Origin: a virus
Length of the DNA: 64,000 nucleotides
Virus record (IMG/VR): IMGVR_UViG_3300023106_000001
Span: 65,485 to 129,484 of that record
Direction: 5' to 3' (one strand)
Part shown: in pieces, positions 10,557 through 20,257 of the stretch
Position numbering within the stretch: position 1 is the first letter of the stretch
Layout of the letters: every line of letters begins with the position of its first letter
Position numbers and translations under genes: made by a program
The notes under the pieces: generated by a model
The model's database searches: none
What the model was told of the DNA's origin: nothing
The model's input: only the letters and a program-made list of their open reading frames with translations

Positions 10557-12272
10557 ATGAGCGTAACACAACTTCCTCCAAATATGCTGTACAACGGAGA
10601 TATGATTGTACAAAGAACGGACAGAAAAACTATTCAGTCTATAGGAGGCCACTTTGACACAAGTTCAATCTCGGATTGGTACAAACAAGATCCAGACAAG
10701 AACAATTTAGGATTAATTAAACTTTGGGGACAAGGTGCAATGGTAAACTATCCAATTTACACAGGATTGCTAGAGAAAAAAGCAATGCTTGAAGTAGATG
10801 GAGCAGAAGGTAAAGTTTACTATGATGTTGCAATTAAAGACTCAGGAAAATGCGTAACTGTAAGAGATACTTCTTTGGAATATCCATATGCAGGTTTAGA
10901 TAACTCAGTATTCAGAGTTGTTTTAAATAAACGTTATGAAGTAGGTGATGTATTAGCACCATCTTTCTACAAATCTTCTGTACAAATTATGGTGACAGAC
11001 AGAGAAGAAATTCAACAAGTAGTTGGTGGATGGAGCCTTCCTGTTATCTATGTAACAAACGATAAGAAAGCGAGCTATGATCAACAATACTTAAAAAGCG
11101 GAAGACAATATTTCAAAGTGTCGCAAAACATTTTAGGAGAGTACGGTACAAATTATGGTAATTTTGATATGCCAGATATGCCTACAACTATGAAATGTAT
11201 GTTCCAACTTGGTAACATGTCAGGGCACGAATTTTCAGTTACAGGTCGCGCAGATATGAGAAAATTCTCAGGAGCAGCATCTACAACTAAAGAATACTTA
11301 GACGAACTTTTAGGGGACGTTGAAAGAAATGGTGAATTTGCAATTATGACCGAAGCTGTTAATGTAGGAGCTGGCGGGGTAATAAAAAAAGGAGCAAATC
11401 TAAGATTAGGAGCTGCAATGGAATTACTATTGCACAAATATCACCAGAAAGCATTAAACACACAGTTCATGTTCCAAGACGCTGCTATTATCCCAGGAGC
11501 TAATGGAAGCGGAATCACAAGATTGAATGAAGGTGTTTACAAACAAATGCGTAGAGGTAAAATCATCACTTATGCTCGTCCAATGGGTATGACAAGAGCT
11601 GACGTTGCCGATGCAGTAGAATACTTATTTGTTAACAACCCTTTACCAGACGAACAAAGAGAAGTTACTTTTAGTGTAGGTAAGTACATGCAACAAAACT
11701 TCTTCGCAATTTTCAAAGAGGAGGTAAAACAACAAAATGAAGGGCTTGGAGTTTGGAACGGAGCAGACAGAATTATTCCAAAATCACCAGTGTCAGGTTC
11801 AAGCTTAACAGAATTAGAATACAATGCAGTGAGATTTACGAAAGTTTACTTACCAGGAATTGGAAATATCTCTGTAAAACATGATCCATCTTTAGATTAC
11901 AGACCAGGAGAAGATCGTTTTATCAGCGGAATGCACCAAGCAGGATTAGCTCATACAACTTACTCAGCTGTTATCTGGGATGCAGCGGATCAAAAGTATT
12001 CAAATAACAGAAAAATGCCACAAGGAGCAACACTTATTGAAGGTGGAGATAACGGTTCTAATGTGTATATTGTTAAGCCTTCAGGTGCGGCAACTTTTTG
12101 GGGATCTGAGCAGGGCAGGTATGATAGCATGAAACCTTCGGATATTGTTTCTTCAAACAAATTCCAAATGCAATCTTGGTGGATTTATAGTATGATAGCA
12201 GGACTTGTCCTAGACAAGGGACGTTTTGTCATCATAGAATTAGATGAAAAAGCCCAAGCAGGTTTTAATTAA
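10557..12272 (+). CDS. major capsid protein (crAss-like HK97 fold)
   Basis: 571 aa in the canonical position after portal and scaffold; highly expressed codon bias; crAss-type C-terminal segment (KPSGAATFWG...RY...W..SM...LVLD..RFVIIEL); followed by a terminator. Confidence 0.85.
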   Translation: MSVTQLPPNMLYNGDMIVQRTDRKTIQSIGGHFDTSSISDWYKQDPDKNNLGLIKLWGQGAMVNYPIYTGLLEKKAMLEVDGAEGKVYYDVAIKDSGKCVTVRDTSLEYPYAGLDNSVFRVVLNKRYEVGDVLAPSFYKSSVQIMVTDREEIQQVVGGWSLPVIYVTNDKKASYDQQYLKSGRQYFKVSQNILGEYGTNYGNFDMPDMPTTMKCMFQLGNMSGHEFSVTGRADMRKFSGAASTTKEYLDELLGDVERNGEFAIMTEAVNVGAGGVIKKGANLRLGAAMELLLHKYHQKALNTQFMFQDAAIIPGANGSGITRLNEGVYKQMRRGKIITYARPMGMTRADVADAVEYLFVNNPLPDEQREVTFSVGKYMQQNFFAIFKEEVKQQNEGLGVWNGADRIIPKSPVSGSSLTELEYNAVRFTKVYLPGIGNISVKHDPSLDYRPGEDRFISGMHQAGLAHTTYSAVIWDAADQKYSNNRKMPQGATLIEGGDNGSNVYIVKPSGAATFWGSEQGRYDSMKPSDIVSSNKFQMQSWWIYSMIAGLVLDKGRFVIIELDEKAQAGFN

Positions 12273-12286
12273 TAAAAAGTAAAAAT

Positions 12287-12311
12287 TCCCCTGACCTAAA
12301 AAATCAGGGGA
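12287..12311. terminator. bidirectional terminator between MCP and the convergent antisense gene
   Basis: TCCCCTGA-cctaaaaaa-TCAGGGGA, with an A-run upstream and an AT-rich run downstream. Confidence 0.7.
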
Positions 12312-12318
12312 TAATTAT

Positions 12319-12588
12319 TTACCAAAAAACTTCAATAAATTCATAGTTGTGTATACTACACGCTCCAGATATTTGGTAGAATCTTCTATTCTTCATATTT
12401 GATTTTGCATCCACATTATAGTTAATACACTTATTTTCAAAATCTATTTCTACTAATACTCTATTCTTTGAATGCCAATAAATAGAATCTCCTTGAGCAG
12501 TATCAGACGTTTCTTTCATTATAACTGAAATAAGGTTCGAAAAATCAACTTCTTCTCTACTATAACTTTCTTTTAATTCTTTTTTCAT
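12319..12588 (-). CDS. small hypothetical protein (89 aa), the only credible minus-strand gene
   Basis: Occupies otherwise empty intergenic space; has its own minus-strand promoter and a shared terminator. Confidence 0.7.
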   Translation of the reverse strand: MKKELKESYSREEVDFSNLISVIMKETSDTAQGDSIYWHSKNRVLVEIDFENKCINYNVDAKSNMKNRRFYQISGACSIHNYEFIEVFW

Positions 12589-12615
12589 AATTATATTTAT
12601 TTAAATTTTATAAGG

Positions 12616-12645
12616 CAAATATACAACTTTATTTTTATAAAACAA
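12616..12645 (-). promoter_or_regulatory. minus-strand Bacteroidota-type promoter
   Basis: Plus-strand CAAATATA 12616-12623 reads TATATTTG on minus; CAA 12643-12645 reads TTG at -33; 19-nt spacer. Confidence 0.6.
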
Positions 12646-12657
12646 GGAAAAATAAAT

Positions 12658-12688
12658 TTTGTTTTTAAGTTTTTTATCACTACATTTG
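12658..12688 (+). promoter_or_regulatory. Bacteroidota-type promoter
   Basis: TTTG 12658-12661, 19-nt spacer, TACATTTG 12681-12688; ATG follows at 12693. Confidence 0.65.
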
Positions 12689-12692
12689 TAGT

Positions 12693-14024
12693 ATGAAATA
12701 CACTACTGAAACATATATTGAAAAAGCAAACAAAATACATAATAATAAATACGATTACGGTAAAACTATTTTTAAGTCTAAGGGTCACGTTATAATAAAA
12801 TGCCCTCTACATAATTTTGAGTTTACAAAAAGAGTAGATGAGCACTTAAAAGGAAGGGGTTGTACAAAATGTATATCAGAAGAAAAATCTAAAAGACAGT
12901 CTCAGACTAAGGAGTATTCAATAGCAAAAGCAATTGAAAAACATGGTAGTATATACGACTACTCCTTAATTGAAAATTACACTAACCAAACTGAAGTATA
13001 TAATCTAGTTTGTAAATCTCATGGTATATTTCCAATAAGATTTGATCATCATATTGAAGGAAGAGGATGTAAAAAGTGTGCCAGAGAAAATACAGCAGAT
13101 AAATTAAGATTGCCTTTAACTGAGGTATTGGAAAAAATTAAAAATATACATGGAGATAAATATGGGGTTGAAAATTTAAAATATAAAGGTGCGAATTATA
13201 AAATGTACCCAACTTGTAAAATACACGGTCAATTTCCTATAACGCCTTTTGAATTTTTTAATGGGGCAAATTGCATTTATTGTGGAGTAACTGTTTCAAA
13301 ACCAGAATTAGAAGTGAAGACCTTTATACAACAATTTGTAGAAGCAGAGTCATCTAACAGAAAAATATTAAAAAATAAATTTGAATTGGATATTTACATC
13401 CCAACTTTAAAAGCAGCAGTCGAATTTAACGGCCTTTATTTTCATTCTGATGAATTTCACAAAATGGATTCACACTTAAATAAGACAATGGAATGTCAAG
13501 GTAAAGGAATTAAATTGATTCATATATTTGAAGATGAGTGGAAAGATAAAAAAGAAATTGTAAAATCACTTTTATTAGAATCTATTGACAAGACAGAGAA
13601 TAAAGTATCAGTTGAGGATTGTGAAATTAAAATAGTTGATCAAAAAGAGTACAGAGATTTTCTGGAAAGTAATTATATTGACGATTTTGTAGAAGCTAAT
13701 GTAATAGTGGGACTTTACCACGAAAATGAATTAGTTTCTTTAATATCAGAAAAGAACAAAGAATTACTTTTTGTAAACAAACTAAACACTATTGTCGATA
13801 AAGGATTTGAAAAACTTTTAGAAAATTTTAAAGGAGAATATGTAACTACAGTTGATTTAAGATGGAGTTATGGCGAACGCGAAAAAGCTTTAGGATTTAA
13901 AGTAATTGAACAAACACCACCTGCTTACTTTTTTACTAAGGGTCAAGTGAGAACTAAAAAAGAAATTAAGGGTTATAATAAGATATATGATTGTGGTACT
14001 CTAAAATTAAGTAATTTGCTGTAA
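12693..14024 (+). CDS. homing endonuclease-like protein: DUF723-like Zn repeats plus PD-(D/E)XK (Vsr/Hef-like) nuclease
   Basis: Three repeats of HG.KYDY...C..HG.F......G.GC..C, then SKPELEV...ELDIYIP...AVEFNGLYFHS...KT..C...GIKLIHIFEDEW. Confidence 0.8.
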   Translation: MKYTTETYIEKANKIHNNKYDYGKTIFKSKGHVIIKCPLHNFEFTKRVDEHLKGRGCTKCISEEKSKRQSQTKEYSIAKAIEKHGSIYDYSLIENYTNQTEVYNLVCKSHGIFPIRFDHHIEGRGCKKCARENTADKLRLPLTEVLEKIKNIHGDKYGVENLKYKGANYKMYPTCKIHGQFPITPFEFFNGANCIYCGVTVSKPELEVKTFIQQFVEAESSNRKILKNKFELDIYIPTLKAAVEFNGLYFHSDEFHKMDSHLNKTMECQGKGIKLIHIFEDEWKDKKEIVKSLLLESIDKTENKVSVEDCEIKIVDQKEYRDFLESNYIDDFVEANVIVGLYHENELVSLISEKNKELLFVNKLNTIVDKGFEKLLENFKGEYVTTVDLRWSYGEREKALGFKVIEQTPPAYFFTKGQVRTKKEIKGYNKIYDCGTLKLSNLL

Positions 14025-14046
14025 TAAAAACATATTACTATATTTG
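14015..14046 (+). promoter_or_regulatory. Bacteroidota-type promoter
   Basis: TTTG 14015-14018, 20-nt spacer, TATATTTG 14039-14046. Confidence 0.75.
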
Positions 14047-14071
14047 CAGAGTAAAACCAAAAAACAATACA

Positions 14072-15043
14072 ATGTCAAAAGAATTATTAGTTTATAAAAA
14101 CGGTAATAAAGAATACTCAATTAAAATAGGAACATCTGATAAACCTTATACTTATCAAGTTATTCCGATGTATGATGCAGACGCATTAGATGGTTTTCAG
14201 AAAATGAGAACTACAAAAATTATTGATCCTAATGTTTATAATAGAGTTAGAGTTGCAACATTCGATAGTGAGAAAAACATGTATGATGTAGGAATTACTC
14301 ACAACTCCAGAATTCTTACTAAATTATATCCAGACGAAAGTTTAAGAAAAATAGCTTTACAAGATATTACAAAACTCATTATTAACCCACTTTTAGATTT
14401 TTACACTAAAGATCAAATTTTAGATTTTAAAAATTTTGAATTTTGGGATAATTTTACAGAGAATATTGAATTAGACAACAGTTATAATACCTCTGACCCA
14501 CTTCAATTATTCAAATTATACTGCCTTATTTCTAAAGGTGATTTATGTCCAATTGAATTTGAGAGTGAGGCTTACTACAAAGGATCGGCACAATACGCAG
14601 TAGAGAATAAAGAATCTGTAGTTGATGTCGGCCAAAAAAGAAAATTAGAAATTAGCCAGGCAACTACTAAATTTATTACATTACTATCCACAGATAAAGA
14701 AGGACTAACAGCTATTCTGGAGTGGATGGGAATTACAGGAGTTGTTGACAGTGAAGATGCACTTCTTAACGATATCTTTACTACATGGCTTTCTAAAGAT
14801 GACAATCAAAATCCAAAAGCTTTCTTAGAAACTTATGCTAATTACTACGAATCAGATTCAGGTAAAAAAGAGCTTGTAATGTTTAAAGACTTAAAACATC
14901 TACAAAGACAAAAGAAAGTTATTAAAGGTATGAATGGATTCTACTTAAATGACCATTTATTAGGAAAAGATTTAAAAGGCTCGGTTAAAAATATTTTAAA
15001 AGACAACAGTTTATTAGAATTAGTATATGCCGCATTAGGATAA
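14072..15043 (+). CDS. conserved crAss-like head-module protein of unknown function
   Basis: 323-aa ORF in the post-MCP position; no catalytic motif recognised. Confidence 0.6.
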   Translation: MSKELLVYKNGNKEYSIKIGTSDKPYTYQVIPMYDADALDGFQKMRTTKIIDPNVYNRVRVATFDSEKNMYDVGITHNSRILTKLYPDESLRKIALQDITKLIINPLLDFYTKDQILDFKNFEFWDNFTENIELDNSYNTSDPLQLFKLYCLISKGDLCPIEFESEAYYKGSAQYAVENKESVVDVGQKRKLEISQATTKFITLLSTDKEGLTAILEWMGITGVVDSEDALLNDIFTTWLSKDDNQNPKAFLETYANYYESDSGKKELVMFKDLKHLQRQKKVIKGMNGFYLNDHLLGKDLKGSVKNILKDNSLLELVYAALG

Positions 15044-15047
15044 AAAC

Positions 15048-15713
15048 ATGACAACAGAACAGTTCTACCAGAGTACAATTATAAAGCTTAATGAGAACGC
15101 CACCACCGATAAAATCAGTTTAGATAAAGGAAGGTTTTGCGTTTTAGCTAATAATGTAGCTAACAGGCTTATAGAAGTGTTTCTAGACAGGAAATTTGAA
15201 GATGATATAAGGTATATTCAGAAAATATTAGTTCATGATTTATCTATACCATCTTCAAAAAAACTAAAAGACTTCGCAGAATTTAGTCTACCTAAAGACT
15301 ATTTTGATTTCTCTAACTTATTTTGCACGGCCACTAAAGACAAGTGCGAAAGAAAAAAAGTAGATTGCTTCGAAATAAAAGATGATGATACTAATGGAAT
15401 ACTAAGAGATTCTAATAACAATCCATCTTTCAAGCACAGAGAAACACCTTTTCATTTAGCATCTGATAAAATTATTATCTACACTTCAGATGACTTTACC
15501 ATCGATAGAGCAAATCTTTCCTACTATCGTTACCCAATCCAAGTTGGTCTTAAAGATCCAGAAAATCCAGAGAGTGAGTTTAATTCAAATAATCCAGAAT
15601 TCGATGATAAATTTATGAATAGAGTAATAGATTTATTGGCAGCAGAATTCTTATTGAATACAGACGATCCAAAATATCAAGCAGAAAAACAAAACGCAAT
15701 AACAAAAAATTAA
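15048..15713 (+). CDS. probable neck/tail ring (head-tail adaptor) protein
   Basis: 221 aa; LP.DYF ... LSYYRYP ... EFDD..M..VIDL.A pattern typical of tail tubular/ring proteins; synteny. Confidence 0.65.
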   Translation: MTTEQFYQSTIIKLNENATTDKISLDKGRFCVLANNVANRLIEVFLDRKFEDDIRYIQKILVHDLSIPSSKKLKDFAEFSLPKDYFDFSNLFCTATKDKCERKKVDCFEIKDDDTNGILRDSNNNPSFKHRETPFHLASDKIIIYTSDDFTIDRANLSYYRYPIQVGLKDPENPESEFNSNNPEFDDKFMNRVIDLLAAEFLLNTDDPKYQAEKQNAITKN

Positions 15714-15733
15714 TTTAAACAAAAAACAATAGA

Positions 15734-17992
15734 ATGGCAACAGCGGGAGCATTAGAGAGAGACTTTTTCATCCTAGATGGTAAGACTCTAACAACAGGTG
15801 GTTCTTTAAATGTAACTAATGGCGTACTAGCCATTGTTAGTAACGATAATAAAGAACTTACACAAAACGGAAGAAAAGTTTATTCAACTTTCACAGGACA
15901 ATCAAAAGATAAATCATTCGATTTGCTTGTAGGGGCGTTCGATAAACCAGTGTCTCAATACACTACAAATAAAGCATATGAGAGCCAGACTTTCAGAATT
16001 GCTGATATTGAGGATATTAGAGTAGAAGTTCCAAACAGAACAGGTATTGAAGTAGATGATTTTATTATCGGATACAATGGAAAACCAGGAACAGAAATTA
16101 TAGTAGGAGAAAGAACTTCTACAGGAATTGACATTACTCTTTGCGGAGATCCAATGTATAATTTAGGTTATAAAGAAGGAGAAACAACAGTGAGACTTGA
16201 TTTACAATATCCTTATCTAGATGATGACGGAGTATGTATTGATTGCGCCAATGGAGTAGTTACAATGCAGGAACTAATTGAGAATGCTGTGGCTGAATTT
16301 AACGCTACAAAATTATTGGGTGGTGTACCTATTACAGATTATGTTGACGCATTAGTTGTTAACAGTCTAAATGGAGCATTAGAAGATACAGTTGATTATC
16401 AATATTACAATTTAACTTTGTTTGATAATGGAGATTCAACAGCTTTAGCCAGAGTACAAGCACAATACCCACTTTACAAAGTTGTAAGAACAGACGAAGT
16501 TTCAGGAAATCAAACAGTTTATACTTTACAAGCTCCAGTGGGAACATCAATTCCTGCTTATACAACAAGTTTAGCTTCTAAAATTAAAGGATGTGATACT
16601 TGCCCAGCAGGATACACAGAAATTGCAGCAGGATTTGTTTATTCTATTGCTTTAGAAGATGATGGAGCAAGTTTAGTAACTACAATTGATGATTTACCAG
16701 GATTTGTATCAGGAACGGCAGTTAAAATTGGTGGTTCAGTTGCAGGTGTAGGAACATACACAGTGGTAGTAACAGCAGAGTTAACAGACGCACAAATTAC
16801 AACATTCAGAGCTATTTCTGCACCAGCTTCAACAGCGGTATTTGATTTGGCAGGAGAAGTTCAAGCAGTATGTTCTAATGCAACTACAGTTTCTACTGCA
16901 TGGGTATTAGGAGATATTTGTCAGTCAACTACTAAAGCATATACAATCACAATTGCAGATGACGAGTGTGGTGGAAATATCTTAGCAGATTTACAAGAAG
17001 CTTATCCTGATTTAACAATTGCAATTGATACAGTTAACTTGTCAAGAACAGCAACACTAACAGGTACTTCAGGAACAGCTACAATTACAATTGGCGGTAT
17101 TCCTTATACAGTTACATTTGCTACGGATTTAGCTACTACAGCTACTAACTTTATTACAACTAATAAAGCAGCAATTGAATTAGCAACAGGTGGAACGATA
17201 ACTTCTAGTGGAGCAACAATTATTTTAGTAGCACCATCAGCAACATATCCAGGATTCTCTATCACAACAGCTACAGGCACATTAGCAGGTACAGTTGCAT
17301 CAGCAGTGGGATCAGGAGCACAAATTTCTTCTTTATGTCAAACAACTTATAGAACTAATGTACCAACAAATATTGTTTGTGAAGAGTGTTCAGATGAGTT
17401 CAGAGCTTTATTTACAGCGGAAGCACCTAAAAACTATGGTTTAAATGTTTGGGAGACAGCTATTGATGAATATGATGCCGCAGCAAAAATGGGTATCCGT
17501 TTCAGAGGTAAGCCTTTCACAATGTCAGGATCAGAAGAATATAGAGATGATATGCCATTTTACGCAACTTCTACTCGTATTTCTGTAGCAGGTGGCCAAG
17601 CAACATATATTGCAGAGAACTGGGAATCAAGTAAATTTCCTTTCAAAGTAAAAGTATTATCTATTGCCGCAGATCCAGAAGCATTAGGAGGTTACTTATA
17701 CAACAGAGAAGATCAGGCCAGATATAACTTAGACGGTGTTGAAAGATTTGAAGGTAATAACTACGGTAAATGGTTATGGGGACAAGAATCAAGACTTAGA
17801 GGTTTAGCTCAGTATATTCAATATACAATTACAATTAGACCTCAGTTCTATTACAAATTGTTACCACATTCTTCAATTAAAACAAATCTTAATATTATTG
17901 TTGAAGTTGGCCGTCAAGCCGCAGTAGAGACCCTTATTAATCAACTTGCTTCGGCAGCTCAATTACACGCTGTACAAGCATTTGCAAAATAA
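15734..17992 (+). CDS. abundant virion structural protein (auxiliary capsid-like) with Thr/Ala-rich beta insertions
   Basis: 752 aa; highly expressed codon bias; T/A/G-rich Ig-like middle region; Cys pairs; strong terminator downstream. Confidence 0.6.
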   Translation: MATAGALERDFFILDGKTLTTGGSLNVTNGVLAIVSNDNKELTQNGRKVYSTFTGQSKDKSFDLLVGAFDKPVSQYTTNKAYESQTFRIADIEDIRVEVPNRTGIEVDDFIIGYNGKPGTEIIVGERTSTGIDITLCGDPMYNLGYKEGETTVRLDLQYPYLDDDGVCIDCANGVVTMQELIENAVAEFNATKLLGGVPITDYVDALVVNSLNGALEDTVDYQYYNLTLFDNGDSTALARVQAQYPLYKVVRTDEVSGNQTVYTLQAPVGTSIPAYTTSLASKIKGCDTCPAGYTEIAAGFVYSIALEDDGASLVTTIDDLPGFVSGTAVKIGGSVAGVGTYTVVVTAELTDAQITTFRAISAPASTAVFDLAGEVQAVCSNATTVSTAWVLGDICQSTTKAYTITIADDECGGNILADLQEAYPDLTIAIDTVNLSRTATLTGTSGTATITIGGIPYTVTFATDLATTATNFITTNKAAIELATGGTITSSGATIILVAPSATYPGFSITTATGTLAGTVASAVGSGAQISSLCQTTYRTNVPTNIVCEECSDEFRALFTAEAPKNYGLNVWETAIDEYDAAAKMGIRFRGKPFTMSGSEEYRDDMPFYATSTRISVAGGQATYIAENWESSKFPFKVKVLSIAADPEALGGYLYNREDQARYNLDGVERFEGNNYGKWLWGQESRLRGLAQYIQYTITIRPQFYYKLLPHSSIKTNLNIIVEVGRQAAVETLINQLASAAQLHAVQAFAK

Positions 17993-18013
17993 ATAAAATC
18001 CAATTAATGACAG

Positions 18014-18047
18014 AAGGAGAGAAGGTTAAAATTTTCTCTCCTTTTTT
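18014..18047 (+). terminator. intrinsic terminator
   Basis: AAGGAGAGAA/TTCTCTCCTT stem followed by a T-run. Confidence 0.85.
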
Positions 18048-18062
18048 AATAAAAATTAATCA

Positions 18063-18452
18063 ATGAATTGGATAGAATATTGGAGAGAATTTGTTTTTGT
18101 TGCGGGGTTATTAGGCGCTTGGGTTACAGGTAGAAAGTCTAAAGAGATAAAACTAAAGACAGAGGGAGCTGATGCTATTTCAGCTTTACAACGTATATAT
18201 GATAAGTACATAGAACATAATTCTGCAATAACACAAGAGCTAACTTTAAGGCTTAATCAAGTAGAAGCTCATAACAGGGATTTACAAAAGAATTTCAACG
18301 ATATGCAGATTTCATATGCTGTAGTAGTTGGAGAAAGTAAAAAATTTGAGGCTAAGTATAACTTACTACTTAAAGAACACGAGCAACTAAAAACAGCCCA
18401 TGAAAAATTGCAAAAAGATTTTGAAAAATATAAAAAAGAAAATAAAGAATGA
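18063..18452 (+). CDS. membrane-anchored coiled-coil lysis protein (holin/spanin-like)
   Basis: N-terminal hydrophobic helix (FVFVAGLLGAWV) plus heptad coiled coil; first gene of the lysis cassette. Confidence 0.55.
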   Translation: MNWIEYWREFVFVAGLLGAWVTGRKSKEIKLKTEGADAISALQRIYDKYIEHNSAITQELTLRLNQVEAHNRDLQKNFNDMQISYAVVVGESKKFEAKYNLLLKEHEQLKTAHEKLQKDFEKYKKENKE

Positions 18453-18706
18453 AACTAGTAGATGACACTCTAAAAAATAAAGATGGAATTTGGTCTAGAA
18501 AGAGCATAATGATTCTTATCACTTTTGTTTTTGTTTTATTACTAGGAACGTTTATTGTAGTTTCAGATAAGGTACTTGATAAACCAGTTAATATATATGC
18601 GATAGATGTATTTAACTCTTTGCTTTTATTTCTAGCCACAATGACAGGAATTGCCGAAGCAAGTAAGAAGATACTAAATAAACAAATACCACCAGAAAAT
18701 GAGTAA
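18449..18706 (+). CDS. probable holin (2 TM)
   Basis: 85 aa, two hydrophobic segments, charged C-terminus, directly upstream of the endolysin. Confidence 0.65.
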   Translation: MKLVDDTLKNKDGIWSRKSIMILITFVFVLLLGTFIVVSDKVLDKPVNIYAIDVFNSLLLFLATMTGIAEASKKILNKQIPPENE

Positions 18707-19337
18707 AATAGCAGAATTTCAAAAAGCAAACGGACTTGTAGCAGATGGGATATTAGGAAAGAAAACTTTCTCAAAAATGAAAGAAGTTTGGAAAATTAAA
18801 TCTGATGAACAGCTAGCTAATTTCTTAGGCCAGTTTTCAATAGAGTCAGCAAATTTTACAAAAGACAAAGAGAATTTAAATTATTCAAAAGAAGGTTTAA
18901 AAGACTATTTTTTAAAATACTTCCCAACGGAACAAGATAGAATAAACTACGCCAGACAACCACAAAAGATAGCAAATAAAGCTTATGCAAACAGAATGGG
19001 TAATGGTAGCGAATCAAGTGGAGACGGTTATAAATACCGTGGCTCAGGTGGAATTCAATTAACGGGGGCTAATAATTATAAAGAATTTTCTAAATGGATT
19101 GGGTCTAAAATAGTATTAACAACCGAAGAAATAGCAACAAAATACTTTTGGGAAACAGGATTATACTATTTTACACAAAATAATTTATGGAATCTGGCTT
19201 CAAAAGTTGATGATATAAGTATTACACAGTTAAGTAAAGCAATTAATCTGGGAAACAAAAATAGTGATAAAACTCCAAATCACTTAAAAGAAAGAATAGA
19301 AAATACAAAAAAATATTATAAACAAATAAAGAGTTAA
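18699..19337 (+). CDS. endolysin: peptidoglycan-binding domain plus glycoside hydrolase family 19
   Basis: FQKANGLVADGILGKKT (PG_binding_1-like); LANFLGQFSIES, IANKAYANRMGNG, GDGYKYRGSGGIQLTG.NNY and AIN.G (GH19 motifs). Confidence 0.88.
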   Translation: MSKIAEFQKANGLVADGILGKKTFSKMKEVWKIKSDEQLANFLGQFSIESANFTKDKENLNYSKEGLKDYFLKYFPTEQDRINYARQPQKIANKAYANRMGNGSESSGDGYKYRGSGGIQLTGANNYKEFSKWIGSKIVLTTEEIATKYFWETGLYYFTQNNLWNLASKVDDISITQLSKAINLGNKNSDKTPNHLKERIENTKKYYKQIKS

Positions 19338-19338
19338 A

Positions 19339-20100
19339 TTGGGGTATTTATATAGACATATACGATTAGACACCAATGAAGTCTTCTATATAGGAATTAG
19401 TAAATCGGTAAAAAATTATAAAAGAGCATATTCTAAATCTCAAAGATCTGATTTCTGGAAAAACATTATCAATCAAACAGATTACAAAGTTGAAATTCTC
19501 TTAGAATCAGATGACTATGAATTCATAAAACAAAAAGAAATTGAATTTATTGCATTATATGGCAGACGCGATAAGGGACTAGGAACCCTTTGTAATCTAA
19601 CCGATGGTGGGGAAGGGTCTTGCGGAATTTTGATAAGTGAGGAACAAAGAAAGAAAATTAGTGATAGGATGAAAGGTGAAAATAACCCTTTCTATGGAAA
19701 AACCCACTCTCCAGAAAATATAGAATTAATTAGAGAAAGTAAAACTGGAACTAGACATTCAGAAGGGCAAAAGGAATTATGGAGTAAAAATAGGTCAGGA
19801 AAGAATCACCCTCAATTTGGAATACCATTAACTCAAGAGAGAAGAGATAATATAAGTTTATCGAAAATAGGGATTAAACTTTCAGAAGAAACTAGATCCA
19901 GAATGAGTGAAAGTAGGACAGGAAAAACTTTGAGTAAAGAGCATATATTAAATTTATCAAAGAAAGTTATAAATGAATTAACACAAGAAATATACGACTG
20001 CCCTAAAGATGTAGCAGAAATATACGGATGGAACTATAAAACATTTCTTAACAGGTTAGGGGGAAATGCAAAAAATGAAACAAATTTTAAATATTTATAA
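19339..20100 (+). CDS. GIY-YIG-family homing endonuclease-like protein with NUMOD3 repeats (TTG start)
   Basis: Catalytic domain paralogous to 8258..9289 (LYRH...EVFYIGI...NLTDGGEG); NUMOD3-like GENNPFYGKTHS and SEETRSRMSESRTG. Confidence 0.8.
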   Translation: MGYLYRHIRLDTNEVFYIGISKSVKNYKRAYSKSQRSDFWKNIINQTDYKVEILLESDDYEFIKQKEIEFIALYGRRDKGLGTLCNLTDGGEGSCGILISEEQRKKISDRMKGENNPFYGKTHSPENIELIRESKTGTRHSEGQKELWSKNRSGKNHPQFGIPLTQERRDNISLSKIGIKLSEETRSRMSESRTGKTLSKEHILNLSKKVINELTQEIYDCPKDVAEIYGWNYKTFLNRLGGNAKNETNFKYL

Positions 20101-20104
20101 AAAA

Positions 20105-20257
20105 ATGAAAGAATACATAGTAGCAGGAATTATATTAGTAGTTATTATTGGAGGAATAATCAAATTTAAAAAGAAAAAAGTTAAAGATAATGATAAACCT
20201 AAATCGGCTGATACGCCACTTCCAACGCCTCCAAAACCACCAACTGGTAGTATCTAG
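20105..20257 (+). CDS. small single-TM protein with basic and Pro-rich tail (50 aa)
   Basis: MKEYIVAGIILVVIIGGIIKFKKKK...PLPTPPKPP; ATG 20105 preferred over the track start at 20066. Confidence 0.6.
   Translation: MKEYIVAGIILVVIIGGIIKFKKKKVKDNDKPKSADTPLPTPPKPPTGSI

Noticed and set aside
1918-12272. Inteins or group I introns in terL, portal or MCP
   Set aside because: No internal stops and no C/S...HN intein ends seen; the HEGs lie between genes, with no room for ribozyme cores.
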